Shown here: one piece after another, positions 9,671-17,580 of the stretch
Numbering within the stretch: position 1 is the first letter of the stretch
How the letters are laid out: each line of letters starts with the position of its first letter
From: a virus
Lineage: Duplodnaviria > Heunggongvirae > Uroviricota > Caudoviricetes
Reading direction: 5' to 3' (one strand)
IMG/VR virus record: IMGVR_UViG_3300025875_000002
Location: 1-64,000 of that record
Length of the DNA stretch: 64,000 bases
The notes under the pieces: model-generated
Database searches by the model: none
The model's input: only the letters and a program-made list of their open reading frames with translations
What the model was told of the DNA's origin: nothing
Position numbers and translations under genes: made by a program

Positions 9671-9741
9671 ATCCGCTAAGTGTTACGGAAGCACAGAAAG
9701 CTCCAACCTTTCTAGCGTGGGTTCGACTCCTACAGCGGGTG
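9671..9741 (+). tRNA. tRNA-Trp(CCA)
   Basis: Acceptor ATCCGCT/AGCGGGT, anticodon stem GAAAG/CTTTC loop CTCCAAC, T loop TTCGACT. Confidence 0.55.
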
Positions 9742-9754
9742 CGTAAGTAATAAT

Positions 9755-9825
9755 GTGGGTGTCGTATAGTGGTAAGACGTATGGTTTGGGTCCATATGAC
9801 GTCGGTTCGATTCCGGCCACCCGCA
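9755..9825 (+). tRNA. tRNA-Pro(UGG)
   Basis: Acceptor GTGGGTG/CACCCGC, anticodon stem TATGG/CCATA loop TTTGGGT, T arm GTCGG-TTCGATT-CCGGC. Confidence 0.55.
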
Positions 9826-9874
9826 CGTTCAAACTATGTTTGCGTTTTGAACAGATGTTTATTACAGTTAATGT

Positions 9875-10291
9875 ATGAAAACATGTTCGATGTGTAAGTT
9901 AGAAAAGCCCTTCGATGCATTCGCTAAGGCAACAGGAACAAAAGATTTGTTGCAGCGTGGATGCAAAGATTGTAAGGCAGCGCAGTACAAGGCCAATAGT
10001 GGTAAGTATAAGGCGGGATCGAAAGAGGCAAGGGCGCGCAGGGCTGCTAAGCTAGCAGAACTAAAGTCTGCGCCTTGCACTGACTGCGGTGTTCAATATC
10101 CTTCGTATGTGATGCAATATGATCATATTGGTTTGGACAAGACAGCCCATGTATCATACTTAATGTCAAGAGTTTCTTGGTCTGTAATCTTGGAAGAGAT
10201 TGCAAAGTGTGAGCTTGTGTGTGCGAATTGTCATGCTGAAAGATCACATCAAAGAGCAAAAGATTTAATCGGGAACGAGGAAGATGGTTAA
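9875..10291 (+). CDS. HNH endonuclease (family with 19706..20008 and frameshifted 28775..29282)
   Basis: CTDCGVQYPSYVMQYDHIG...AKCELVCANCH motif; N-terminal Cys pairs. Confidence 0.7.
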   Translation: MKTCSMCKLEKPFDAFAKATGTKDLLQRGCKDCKAAQYKANSGKYKAGSKEARARRAAKLAELKSAPCTDCGVQYPSYVMQYDHIGLDKTAHVSYLMSRVSWSVILEEIAKCELVCANCHAERSHQRAKDLIGNEEDG

Positions 10292-10420
10292 TCCGTCTGA
10301 TTTGGGATCAGAAAAAACGGGGTTCGACTCCCCGGTTCCCGACGCTGGGTAGTCTAGGTTCGAATCCTAGCGCGTCGTAGAATCTAGGAGGTTGCAAACT
10401 TCTAGGGGAAGATAGATGGT
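10292..10420 (+). other. tRNA-like fragments (anticodon-arm + T-arm piece; acceptor/T-arm minihelix CGACGC...GCGTCG)
   Basis: GGGGTTCGACTCCCC and TAGGTTCGAATCCTA T-arm motifs without full cloverleaf directly after HNH stop. Confidence 0.3.
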
Positions 10421-10433
10421 CTAGAACATCTAT

Positions 10434-10613
10434 GAGGCATGTAGTTTAATGGCAGAACAGCCCGGGTCTACTTTGCGGAATCGCGCGGTTTCGTAAGATC
10501 CCTCTAAATGCACATGAGGCTAAATAAGGTGCAGCCTGGGGCAGTATACCCTCACCCTGATAAGGTGTTGAAAGGTTAGCTGGTACCACGTTGGTTCAAA
10601 TCCAACCTGCCTC
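10434..10613 (+). tRNA. tRNA-like gene with ~110-nt internal insertion (interrupted tRNA or pseudo-tRNA)
   Basis: Canonical 5 prime half GAGGCAT-GTAGTTTAATGGCAGAACA and canonical 3 prime GTTGG-TTCAAAT-CCAAC-CTGCCTC-A whose acceptor strands pair; second alternative 5 prime acceptor GGGGCAG at 10528 also pairs with same 3 prime strand. Confidence 0.35.
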
Positions 10614-10665
10614 ACGCAAATCCCTAGGGACTAATCGTAACAAACTCGACTAGTTAGGACGTGCA

Positions 10666-10971
10666 TTGAAGGTAGCTAGTAAGTTGTGGGATCAACTCCC
10701 GAAGTTCATTCATGGTAACAAGACGGTTCGTGCCAAGATCAATAGTGACTCAGGCACGCCGGTACAGTTAACTTATGATGGTGCTCCTGATTGGAAGGAC
10801 ACCGAGATTACCAAGGCGAATATGATCACGTCAAAGATTGACGATGATGACTTCTTCTTTTCCGGTGACGCCCACCGTCCAATTCTTGACATTGATTATG
10901 AAGCTCAGCTAGTGCCTAGTTCAACACCTGGGCACTATCACCTTTCTGAGAGACTTGCAAGACAAGCTTGA
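10666..10971 (+). CDS. hypothetical protein
   Basis: ORF track. Confidence 0.3.
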   Translation: MKVASKLWDQLPKFIHGNKTVRAKINSDSGTPVQLTYDGAPDWKDTEITKANMITSKIDDDDFFFSGDAHRPILDIDYEAQLVPSSTPGHYHLSERLARQA

Positions 10972-11035
10972 CTTGCTCGACGAATGGTGATAGAATATAG
11001 TTAGTTGCGGGGCAGGCGAAATCCTGCCCCCTCAT

Positions 11036-11107
11036 GGGCGCGTAGTTCAGCGGTAGAACAATCGGTTTACACCCGATACGTCGTGGGTTCGATCCCCACC
11101 GTCGCCT
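11036..11107 (+). tRNA. tRNA-Val(UAC), acceptor stem imperfect
   Basis: D arm TAGTTCAGCGGTAGAACA, anticodon stem ATCGG/CCGAT loop TTTACAC, T arm GTGGG-TTCGATC-CCCAC; two acceptor mismatches; preceded by hairpin GGGGCAGG...CCTGCCCC. Confidence 0.4.
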
Positions 11108-11109
11108 AC

Positions 11110-11205
11110 GCACGGTTGAAGAACGGTTCGAATCCGTCTCGTAGTGTAATGGTAGCACGCAGCCTTAAGGTAAGTGCAGGTTCGAATCCTGTCCGGTCCA
11201 CTTTG
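11110..11205 (+). other. degenerate tRNA-like element(s)
   Basis: Two T-arm motifs (ACGG-TTCGAAT-CCGT; GCAGG-TTCGAAT-CCTGT) and a D-arm-like GTAGTGTAATGGTAGCAC but no complete cloverleaf; loop CTTAAGG would give anticodon UAA if real. Confidence 0.25.
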
Positions 11206-11237
11206 GGCCGGTAGTCTAATTGGTAGGACAACCGTAT

Positions 11238-11310
11238 GGGAGAGCAGCACGCTGGTAGGTGCAAGTGGCTTATATCCTCTCGACAGTGGGTTCGATTCCC
11301 ACCTCTCCTA
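11238..11310 (+). tRNA. tRNA-Ile(UAU)-like
   Basis: Acceptor GGGAGAG/CTCTCCT, D GCAC/GTGC, anticodon loop CTTATAT, T arm GTGGG-TTCGATT-CCCAC; preceded by an orphan 5 prime tRNA-half-like segment (GGGCCGGTAGTCTAATTGGTAGGAC). Confidence 0.45.
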
Positions 11311-11311
11311 C

Positions 11312-11701
11312 ATGGCAAAAACTGGTAAGGTAAAGATAGATATTGAGTTCAACCAACCGGCCCCGGAAGGGAGGCAAATTAAGTCACGTTCGGTAAGATA
11401 CTCTAAGTATTATGATGATAAGGGTAAACTATCTAACGAAGACTGGACAGAAGAAGTAACTTTTGAAGATGCTCCGGAAGAAACGGTGAAATCAGCTGAC
11501 CCAAAAGTAGTATCAAACAACTGGAAAGTGGTTGGTCATACTAATGACCCACCCTACTTTAACTTTGTGCCAGATGACGAAGCTGTCAACTATGCAACCG
11601 GTGGTTATGTAGATGGGCACATGAACCATGTTCATTTTGAACCGCTAGATGCTACAAAGCCTGACTTGAAAAAGTCTGATCCCGACGAAATAGAATTCTG
11701 A
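11312..11701 (+). CDS. hypothetical protein (start trimmed to ATG after tRNA)
   Basis: ORF track frame; ATG at 11312 immediately after tRNA 3 prime end. Confidence 0.4.
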   Translation: MAKTGKVKIDIEFNQPAPEGRQIKSRSVRYSKYYDDKGKLSNEDWTEEVTFEDAPEETVKSADPKVVSNNWKVVGHTNDPPYFNFVPDDEAVNYATGGYVDGHMNHVHFEPLDATKPDLKKSDPDEIEF

Positions 11702-11708
11702 GGGAATC

Positions 11709-11797
11709 TGGAAGTACAAGCCGAATGCTGGCCGACGGCATCGCACTTGAAATGCGACGAGGATAAAACCCTTGTGGGTTCGAACCCCACTGCTTCC
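11709..11797 (+). tRNA. tRNA-Ser(UGA), class II long variable arm
   Basis: Acceptor GGAAGTA/TGCTTCC, anticodon stem TCGCA/TGCGA loop CTTGAAA, long variable arm, T arm GTGGG-TTCGAAC-CCCAC. Confidence 0.6.
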
Positions 11798-11850
11798 GCA
11801 TTAAACCCTATTCATCAGAGTGGGGTCCCTTACTAAAGAAGGGAGGGCAA

Positions 11851-12135
11851 ATGAATCTGCTAGTTTGGTTCAGTATCGATAATGGAGAAATTGGTCGCAT
11901 TGTCAAGATGACTGCAATTGATCCTAAGATCGATTTGGACAAGCACTTTGCCAAGTGGTCGGTCAAGTCTGAGCACAGGCAGGCCAACGTATACACCTTC
12001 ACTAGAGAGCACATTGCTGTTCCTGAGCGCATCATGGCCGGTCGCGTTGAAGGTAATGCTCTTATTATGCATTACAATGGAGAGCGCCATAGAGCAATTT
12101 TGCCCTACTTTGTTACGATAGGAGAATTAGAATGA
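11851..12135 (+). CDS. hypothetical protein
   Basis: ORF track; RBS-like GAAGGGAGGG upstream. Confidence 0.35.
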   Translation: MNLLVWFSIDNGEIGRIVKMTAIDPKIDLDKHFAKWSVKSEHRQANVYTFTREHIAVPERIMAGRVEGNALIMHYNGERHRAILPYFVTIGELE

Positions 12136-12371
12136 CTTGGAAGGACAGAATGAATGCGGGCATCGGAGAGTATCTTCGGAGCATAGGGGTTGACGCGATT
12201 GAGGTCACCGGCTACAATGAAGAAGTAGACGTCTACTCCTGGGGTGGATGCGAGACTTGCGGTCCTGAGAAGGACTTTGAGTTGAGCATTTACTACAAGG
12301 ACAGCACTGGTAAGTCAAGGACTTACACGTATGCCAACACGTTCACTGAGTTCCTGAACAACATTACGTAA
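12132..12371 (+). CDS. hypothetical protein
   Basis: ORF track; overlapping start-stop ATGA. Confidence 0.35.
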   Translation: MTWKDRMNAGIGEYLRSIGVDAIEVTGYNEEVDVYSWGGCETCGPEKDFELSIYYKDSTGKSRTYTYANTFTEFLNNIT

Positions 12372-12411
12372 ATTATGCCCCGGTCCTTGGCCGGGGACCG
12401 GGAGGGGTTTA

Positions 12412-13074
12412 ATGCGTTACCGTATTGACCAAGTAAAAACTTGGTATGAAACCATGAATGATGTTATCAACATTGAAATCCTTTACACGGACATGCAAAA
12501 GACTAGCTACAACAAGGATGGTGTTTACATTCAGCTTGCACTGTCTACCCTCGACGCTTATTCAACCAGTGATGCAGCTATTACAGATATGATCTGTAAG
12601 AAGGCAGCGCAAGAGGTTTCGTCACCATACGAGTTCTATGATGCTATGCGGTACTACATGAAGGATATGGAGTACAACGGCAAGAGCTTGTTCGGTAACC
12701 CTAAGCCTAAGCCTTATAGCCCGATACCGTGGGAGACTCCGGTTAACAAGTACGGCTATCTTCTGATAGGCGATAGCATCTCTGGGAGTCCCATTTATTG
12801 GGAACAGGCAGACAAGATTGTTGAGTCCGCCAATATGAAGCCAATTAAGAAGTCCGGTAGTTCTAGTGACTTCGTGCATCAGATTGATCTTCTTCCTGGT
12901 CTTAATGCACGGGTAAAGCACCCGGTCACGAAGGAAGAGGCTCCCATTAAGGATATCATCATTAACCTTAACGACTACCACAAGTGGACCCGCGAGGCTA
13001 TTGCTGACTGGCTAGAAACTTTGGACGTGGACTTGCGCTTCAAGTCCAAGGATGATATCCTGAGGGAGAAGTAA
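12412..13074 (+). CDS. hypothetical protein
   Basis: ORF track; preceded by GC hairpin 12376-12402. Confidence 0.4.
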   Translation: MRYRIDQVKTWYETMNDVINIEILYTDMQKTSYNKDGVYIQLALSTLDAYSTSDAAITDMICKKAAQEVSSPYEFYDAMRYYMKDMEYNGKSLFGNPKPKPYSPIPWETPVNKYGYLLIGDSISGSPIYWEQADKIVESANMKPIKKSGSSSDFVHQIDLLPGLNARVKHPVTKEEAPIKDIIINLNDYHKWTREAIADWLETLDVDLRFKSKDDILREK

Positions 13075-13225
13075 GAGAAGGAGCGGCAGGCCAAGCTAGA
13101 CCAGCTTCGTGCTGATCTAAAGCAGGTCACCGATAAGATTCAGAAGTCCGCAAACGAAATGAAAGCCATGAAGCTAGCGGCTGCAAGTTTCGAAGAACAA
13201 ATCAAACAACTATTGGAGGAAGAAA

Positions 13226-13441
13226 ATGGCAAGGATTGACGAGAAGGCAGCAGAGCTTTCCGAGCAGCTTCGTGCAGAGCTTGGTGCTATTGAGTTGAGT
13301 GCAATGGAGTTCACCCTTGCAGATGCAATTCGTGAGGGTTCCGGTGTTACTACTCATGAGCAGAGCGGTTGGGGTGACGGCGCTAGCGCTTGTGCACTCA
13401 CTGCGGCCCTTGTATCTGCTAAGAGCAGAGGCTACGTCTGA
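13226..13441 (+). CDS. hypothetical protein
   Basis: ORF track; RBS GGAGGAAGAAAATG. Confidence 0.35.
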   Translation: MARIDEKAAELSEQLRAELGAIELSAMEFTLADAIREGSGVTTHEQSGWGDGASACALTAALVSAKSRGYV

Positions 13442-13473
13442 TCCAGTGTAGTTCCTGCAAGGAGCTAAAGCCC

Positions 13474-13920
13474 TTGGAGGCGTTCAGTGCGAACGCCTCC
13501 AAGGCAATTGGTCGTAATGGCGAGTGCAAGTCATGCAAATCAGAGTATGACAAGTCCTACCGTACTAAGAACCCCGAAAGGGTGCGAGAGCAGAGAAAGC
13601 AGTTCCGTAAAGACAATTCTGATCGGCTAAAGGAAAAGCATAAGCGATGGTATGCTGACAATAAGGTGTTAGTCAGGCGACGAGTCAAAGAAAAGACATA
13701 CGGCATACCTTGGTCAGAGGTCGAGTTAATGCTTGACAACCAAGATGGTTGCTGTGCAATTTGTGGCGATGAATTTGGAGACAATGTTCCTCAGATTGAT
13801 CACTGTCATGTGACTGGTAAGGTTCGTGGCCTTTTGTGCCGATCCTGTAACACATCTTTGGGCGGCTTTAAGGACGACGTAAATAACTTGCATGCAGCTA
13901 TAGCATACTTGGAGGATTAG
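13474..13920 (+). CDS. HNH endonuclease, Endonuclease VII-like
   Basis: DHCHVTGKVRGLLCRSCNTSLG signature, CAICG. Confidence 0.8.
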   Translation: MEAFSANASKAIGRNGECKSCKSEYDKSYRTKNPERVREQRKQFRKDNSDRLKEKHKRWYADNKVLVRRRVKEKTYGIPWSEVELMLDNQDGCCAICGDEFGDNVPQIDHCHVTGKVRGLLCRSCNTSLGGFKDDVNNLHAAIAYLED

Positions 13921-14282
13921 TGAGAAATTGGCTTGGACAGGATATCGTTCCTGGTAGTGTTGTCTATCGCGGTGCCCGGCAGGGTAATGGTTCTGATTAT
14001 AAGGTCGGTGTCGTTGAAAGCGTTGACGAATCTCAGGGTACGGCGCGGGTGGTATACAAGTATACTCTTGGCAGTACATACAGGATTACTCCTGATAGGG
14101 AATCAGCCTGGGGGCCGGTTGAGCTAGATTCAAAGGGTAGCCCTTCCATTAATAGTCTTATCGTTCTATCAGACAACGATCTAGCAAGGCTTGACCAAGC
14201 TAGATTCTGGATGCTAAAGTGGAAGAGTGATCCCAGTATGACAAAGGCAGAGTTAAGAGCGGTGCTTGACACTCTGATCTGA
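13920..14282 (+). CDS. hypothetical protein
   Basis: ORF track. Confidence 0.35.
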   Translation: MRNWLGQDIVPGSVVYRGARQGNGSDYKVGVVESVDESQGTARVVYKYTLGSTYRITPDRESAWGPVELDSKGSPSINSLIVLSDNDLARLDQARFWMLKWKSDPSMTKAELRAVLDTLI

Positions 14283-14300
14283 GTCTGCTACAATATAATC
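14264..14300 (+). promoter_or_regulatory. sigma70-like promoter (TTGACA N17 TACAAT) driving tRNA-Glu(CUC) leader
   Basis: gcTTGACActctgatctgagtctgcTACAATataat. Confidence 0.4.
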
Positions 14301-14385
14301 AGTGAGTTAAACAGGGTCAAACCTTCCGTAGATGGATATCTCACGATCACGAGGATGCGGCTTACCTCGCTAAAAACACGTACAT

Positions 14386-14457
14386 GCTCTCATAGGATAA
14401 CGGTTAGTCCGCTGGATTCTCAGTCCAAGAGTCGGGGTTCGATTCTCCGTGGGAGTA
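14386..14457 (+). tRNA. tRNA-Glu(CUC)
   Basis: Acceptor GCTCTCA/TGGGAGT (2 GU), D GGAT/GTCC, anticodon loop TTCTCAG, T arm CGGGG-TTCGATT-CTCCG. Confidence 0.5.
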
Positions 14458-14516
14458 CGTTCCTACCTTAATGTATCTTTGGTTTCGGATAACCATACAA
14501 ACAAGGAGGAAATGCA

Positions 14517-14816
14517 ATGATTAATGATTACAACATGATGATTGATGGCAAGAACTATGGTGTTGTCGCGGAAACGGGACAGTATTCATATGACTGGCAC
14601 ATTGCTGCTTTGTTGCAGGATGATGAGGGAAACCTTTTCTTTGCAGTAGACAGCGGGTGCTCATGCTACGGTTTTGGAGACGACCTTACTGAGAAGGACT
14701 TGATTCCGGTCAAGCACTGGTCAGAAGCTGTTGAGCTAGCCAAGGCAGAAATCGATGGTTATGATTTGACAGAGGATTCAATAGCTCAGTTCGCTGAGAA
14801 GTTGATGAAGGCTTGA
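14517..14816 (+). CDS. hypothetical protein
   Basis: ORF track; strong RBS AAGGAGGA; followed by terminator hairpin. Confidence 0.4.
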   Translation: MINDYNMMIDGKNYGVVAETGQYSYDWHIAALLQDDEGNLFFAVDSGCSCYGFGDDLTEKDLIPVKHWSEAVELAKAEIDGYDLTEDSIAQFAEKLMKA

Positions 14817-14821
14817 CAGGC

Positions 14822-14850
14822 GCTGATGGGACTGGTGCGCTGGTCCCATC
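14822..14850 (+). terminator. hairpin terminator candidate
   Basis: Inverted repeat CTGATGGGA...TCCCATCAG. Confidence 0.4.
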
Positions 14851-14878
14851 AGCAACCCGCTAGTAGATAGGACACACA

Positions 14879-15268
14879 ATGAGTACAATCGTTGCATTGA
14901 TAGGCCCAATCGAATACTGGTGGAACACCCCGGACGACCCGGATCGGTTTAACTCGCGGCCAGCTGTTGAGTACCGGGCATGGCGGATTATGTTACGAGA
15001 TTATCTTGTGAGTAACGGTTATTTGGTTTATAGTCCGCATCTGGCATTTTTAGGAAATTGGGATGAGCGGGCTCAGGCTCACAATGATTTCATTGTTGGT
15101 GTCAGCGATGTGGTTGTTTGCATGCGGCCCTTTGGTATCCCTGGCAAGGGCACCGATCATGAGTTGGAGTTGGCGAGAAAGCTTGGTAAGCCTGTAGTTT
15201 ATGCACCGCCAGGCACTGACCTACAGGATTTCATGGCTGTCATGATTGACACCTTGGTTCCCTGGTAA
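14879..15268 (+). CDS. nucleoside 2-deoxyribosyltransferase-like / Rossmann-fold nucleotide-binding protein (tentative)
   Basis: N-terminal VALIGPI and overall size and pattern resembling NDT/DUF4406-type folds; weak. Confidence 0.3.
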   Translation: MSTIVALIGPIEYWWNTPDDPDRFNSRPAVEYRAWRIMLRDYLVSNGYLVYSPHLAFLGNWDERAQAHNDFIVGVSDVVVCMRPFGIPGKGTDHELELARKLGKPVVYAPPGTDLQDFMAVMIDTLVPW

Positions 15269-15347
15269 GTCAGTAGTATGTGGTAGTGTTCAAGTTTGCT
15301 TTTTGAATCGAACCAAAGTATAATTGTTTCATGGGTTTAAGCGAATT

Positions 15348-15421
15348 GGGGTAATAGCTCATCTTGGTAGAGCGGCACGTTGCCAACGTGCAGGTGGCGG
15401 GATCGTGGCCCGTTTACCCCT
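15348..15421 (+). tRNA. tRNA-Gly(GCC)
   Basis: Acceptor GGGGTAA/TTACCCC, D GCTC/GAGC, anticodon stem GCACG/CGTGC loop TTGCCAA; atypical T loop ATCGTGG. Confidence 0.6.
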
Positions 15422-15423
15422 CC

Positions 15424-15504
15424 GGGTCTAACGCCAAACGGTCAGGCATTGGATTGTGACTCCATGAGTATATCCCACAGAGGGTTCGACTCCCTCTAGA
15501 CCCT
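15424..15504 (+). tRNA. tRNA-like, 81 nt, possible anticodon GUG (His?) with extended variable region
   Basis: Perfect acceptor GGGTCTA/TAGACCC, T arm GAGGG-TTCGACT-CCCTC; internal arms noncanonical. Confidence 0.35.
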
Positions 15505-15536
15505 CCATACTTCCCTACCATAGATAGGATGGCCCC

Positions 15537-15749
15537 ATGTGGGATTACAAGTACCGTACGCAGAAGAAAACGGTAGAGGCCCGAGCGAAATACGCCGGTG
15601 CAGATGTGCTATTGACAACTAGCCGTACATCAGTTAGATTTGCTATGAACGGTGGAATCATGTTCAAGGGCACTAGCGATCTTGAAGATTTCGCAAATGA
15701 TCTACATGCTGCTGCCAAGACAAGCAAAGAGATATTGGAGGCTCAGTGA
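15537..15749 (+). CDS. hypothetical protein
   Basis: ORF track. Confidence 0.3.
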   Translation: MWDYKYRTQKKTVEARAKYAGADVLLTTSRTSVRFAMNGGIMFKGTSDLEDFANDLHAAAKTSKEILEAQ

Positions 15750-16093
15750 GGACAAGTCAGTCCAGAACTTATTACGGTCCGTTTACCCTGGATGACCTTC
15801 GTACAATTGTGAAGGAAACAGAGGGATGGGACGGAAAGAAAATAGTTAGCGTTGAAGTTACTCCCGGTGACCGTCCGTGGGAATCTGACCAAGCGTACAT
15901 TGAGATTGGATAATCATGGGAGTTAAGGTGACGAGGACAGCAAAGGCTGCCGGCTCACAGATCACTCTACAGGACTTAATTGATCTTGTAGAGGCTTGCA
16001 AGGACTTCCCTAAGTCTGCTAGAGTGTCTGTGTCAGCTTCCAATGATATGAGGGAAGGTTCCTTCTACTCACTTACAGTCACGGAGCCCTAAT

Positions 16094-16684
16094 ATGACCA
16101 GAGCACTCATTGTTGTAGATATACAGAATGACTTTGTTGAGGGTGGTTCACTGCCGGTCGAGGGAGGAATCAAGCTCGGTTATCTTATTGCTAACGCTAT
16201 TTCTTCTCTTAAGAGTTTTGGTCTTTACGATCATGTTGTTGCGACAAAGGACTTTCACCTCCCAGGAGACTCCAACGGTGGACACATTTCCGACAACCCT
16301 AATTACGTGAGCACTTGGCCTAGCCATTGCATCCAGGGCACTACGGGTGCTATGTTTGTGCCTCAGGTTGAGGCCATCGCTGATGATTTTGAGGCGATCT
16401 TTTACAAGGGCCAGGGTCGTGCAGACTACTCTGGCTTCCAAGGGGTTGACGTCAACGGTGATCATCTGTACACTTGGCTTACAGCACGGAACGTTGACTC
16501 TGTTGATGTGATCGGTATTGCTACAGACCATTGCGTCAAGGTGACAGCCGAGGACGCAATCATGGCCGGTTTCGCTACGCGGATTCCGGCTTTACTTACT
16601 GTGGCAGTCGGCGGTCCAGATGCGGTTGTTGATACGATTGAGAAGATCAACCGTATGCAGGGACTGAATAGGAGAATCAATTGA
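16094..16684 (+). CDS. pncA: nicotinamidase/pyrazinamidase PncA (isochorismatase family)
   Basis: ALIVVDIQNDF, VVATKDFH, HCIQGT, VIGIATDHCV (catalytic Asp-Lys-Cys and metal-binding His pattern); near colinear with mycobacterial PncA. Confidence 0.85.
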   Translation: MTRALIVVDIQNDFVEGGSLPVEGGIKLGYLIANAISSLKSFGLYDHVVATKDFHLPGDSNGGHISDNPNYVSTWPSHCIQGTTGAMFVPQVEAIADDFEAIFYKGQGRADYSGFQGVDVNGDHLYTWLTARNVDSVDVIGIATDHCVKVTAEDAIMAGFATRIPALLTVAVGGPDAVVDTIEKINRMQGLNRRIN

Positions 16685-16944
16685 CCACAGTCGATAAGCT
16701 TGATAATACCGTAGCCAATGGAGACATTGTTGTTCAGGGCGGTGAATGGGGAATTTGGATGTATCGGGTTCGTCGTGATCCGGAAGAGACAAAGCGTTTA
16801 CACGTTCACGATATCAATGGCAATCATGATACAGTGATTAGTAAGAATCCCAGATATATTCTTAATCTCAGTACCTTGCTGGGCACCATGATGTCTAATG
16901 AGGAGATTGAGGAATTAGTTAAGCAAAAGGAAGACGATGCCTGA
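16681..16944 (+). CDS. hypothetical small protein (paralog set 1/3)
   Basis: Shares GD(I/K)VV...G motif with two downstream ORFs. Confidence 0.3.
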   Translation: MTTVDKLDNTVANGDIVVQGGEWGIWMYRVRRDPEETKRLHVHDINGNHDTVISKNPRYILNLSTLLGTMMSNEEIEELVKQKEDDA

Positions 16945-17167
16945 CGTTCACAGAAAGCCACTGCGGGCCGGTGACAAGGTAGCTTATGGCTCTACCACTA
17001 AGGGCTTAGTTATCGGAACCCTCCGGTATGATGAGGAAGAAAAGCATTCATATCATCTAGAGACACAGCATGGTATGTACTATCCTCAGAAGTGGGGACG
17101 GAACGGTATAGATAAAAACATTTTGAACTTGACATTGTACATGGAGGAACAAGATGCTAGACTGTAG
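16937..17167 (+). CDS. hypothetical small protein (paralog set 2/3)
   Basis: LRAGDKVAYGS...G...G.L..D..E similar to 17154..17387. Confidence 0.3.
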   Translation: MPDVHRKPLRAGDKVAYGSTTKGLVIGTLRYDEEEKHSYHLETQHGMYYPQKWGRNGIDKNILNLTLYMEEQDARL

Positions 17168-17387
17168 GGGAAACCTACTGCGAGAGGGTGACATTGTTGC
17201 CATTGGAGTCAACTCAGGTAACCTATTGACAGGTGAGCTTGTTCATGATCCAGACGACATACGATGGAAGCGCTTGACAGTGAGAGTTGAGGGTGGTAAG
17301 CTAAAGCGAGTTGGTAAGGCAAGCAGACGGGTTGTGAATCTGACAGCGTTCCATGAACAACAGTTTGACAGCCTTACTTATCTTTGA
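17154..17387 (+). CDS. hypothetical small protein (paralog set 3/3)
   Basis: LREGDIVAIGV...LLTGELVHDPDD similar to 16937..17167. Confidence 0.3.
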   Translation: MLDCRGNLLREGDIVAIGVNSGNLLTGELVHDPDDIRWKRLTVRVEGGKLKRVGKASRRVVNLTAFHEQQFDSLTYL

Positions 17388-17395
17388 TACACTAG
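17365..17395 (+). promoter_or_regulatory. sigma70-like promoter (TTGACA N17 TACACT) upstream of leader hairpin and tRNA-Phe
   Basis: tTTGACAgccttacttatctttgaTACACTag. Confidence 0.4.
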
Positions 17396-17451
17396 TTTTA
17401 CAAGGCCGGGAGCTGTCCCTGTAGCGAAAGCAGATCATACAGCCCGGTAAT

Positions 17452-17523
17452 GGCTCTTTGGCAGAGATGGTAATGCACACGGTTGAAGCCCGTGTTATCC
17501 CGGTTCGACTCCGGGGGGAGTCA
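17452..17523 (+). tRNA. tRNA-Phe(GAA)
   Basis: Acceptor GGCTCTT/GGGAGTC (GU pairs), anticodon stem CACGG/CCGTG loop TTGAAGC, T arm CCCGG-TTCGACT-CCGGG. Confidence 0.55.
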
Positions 17524-17580
17524 CTTAGAGTTTGTGGGTTGCTGTAGTCTACTGAAACCTTCTTCTTTTTCCCCTACAGA

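Noticed and set aside
11174-11318. ORF-track ORFs overlapping tRNAs on both strands (for example 10916-11158(-), 11005-11214, 11047-11250(-), 11106-11318(-), 26190-26402(-), 26378-26578, 26597-26872(-), 39767-40116(-), 40059-40256(-))
   Set aside because: They lie entirely within tRNA or ncRNA sequence, have no RBS, and show arbitrary composition. Treated as spurious.
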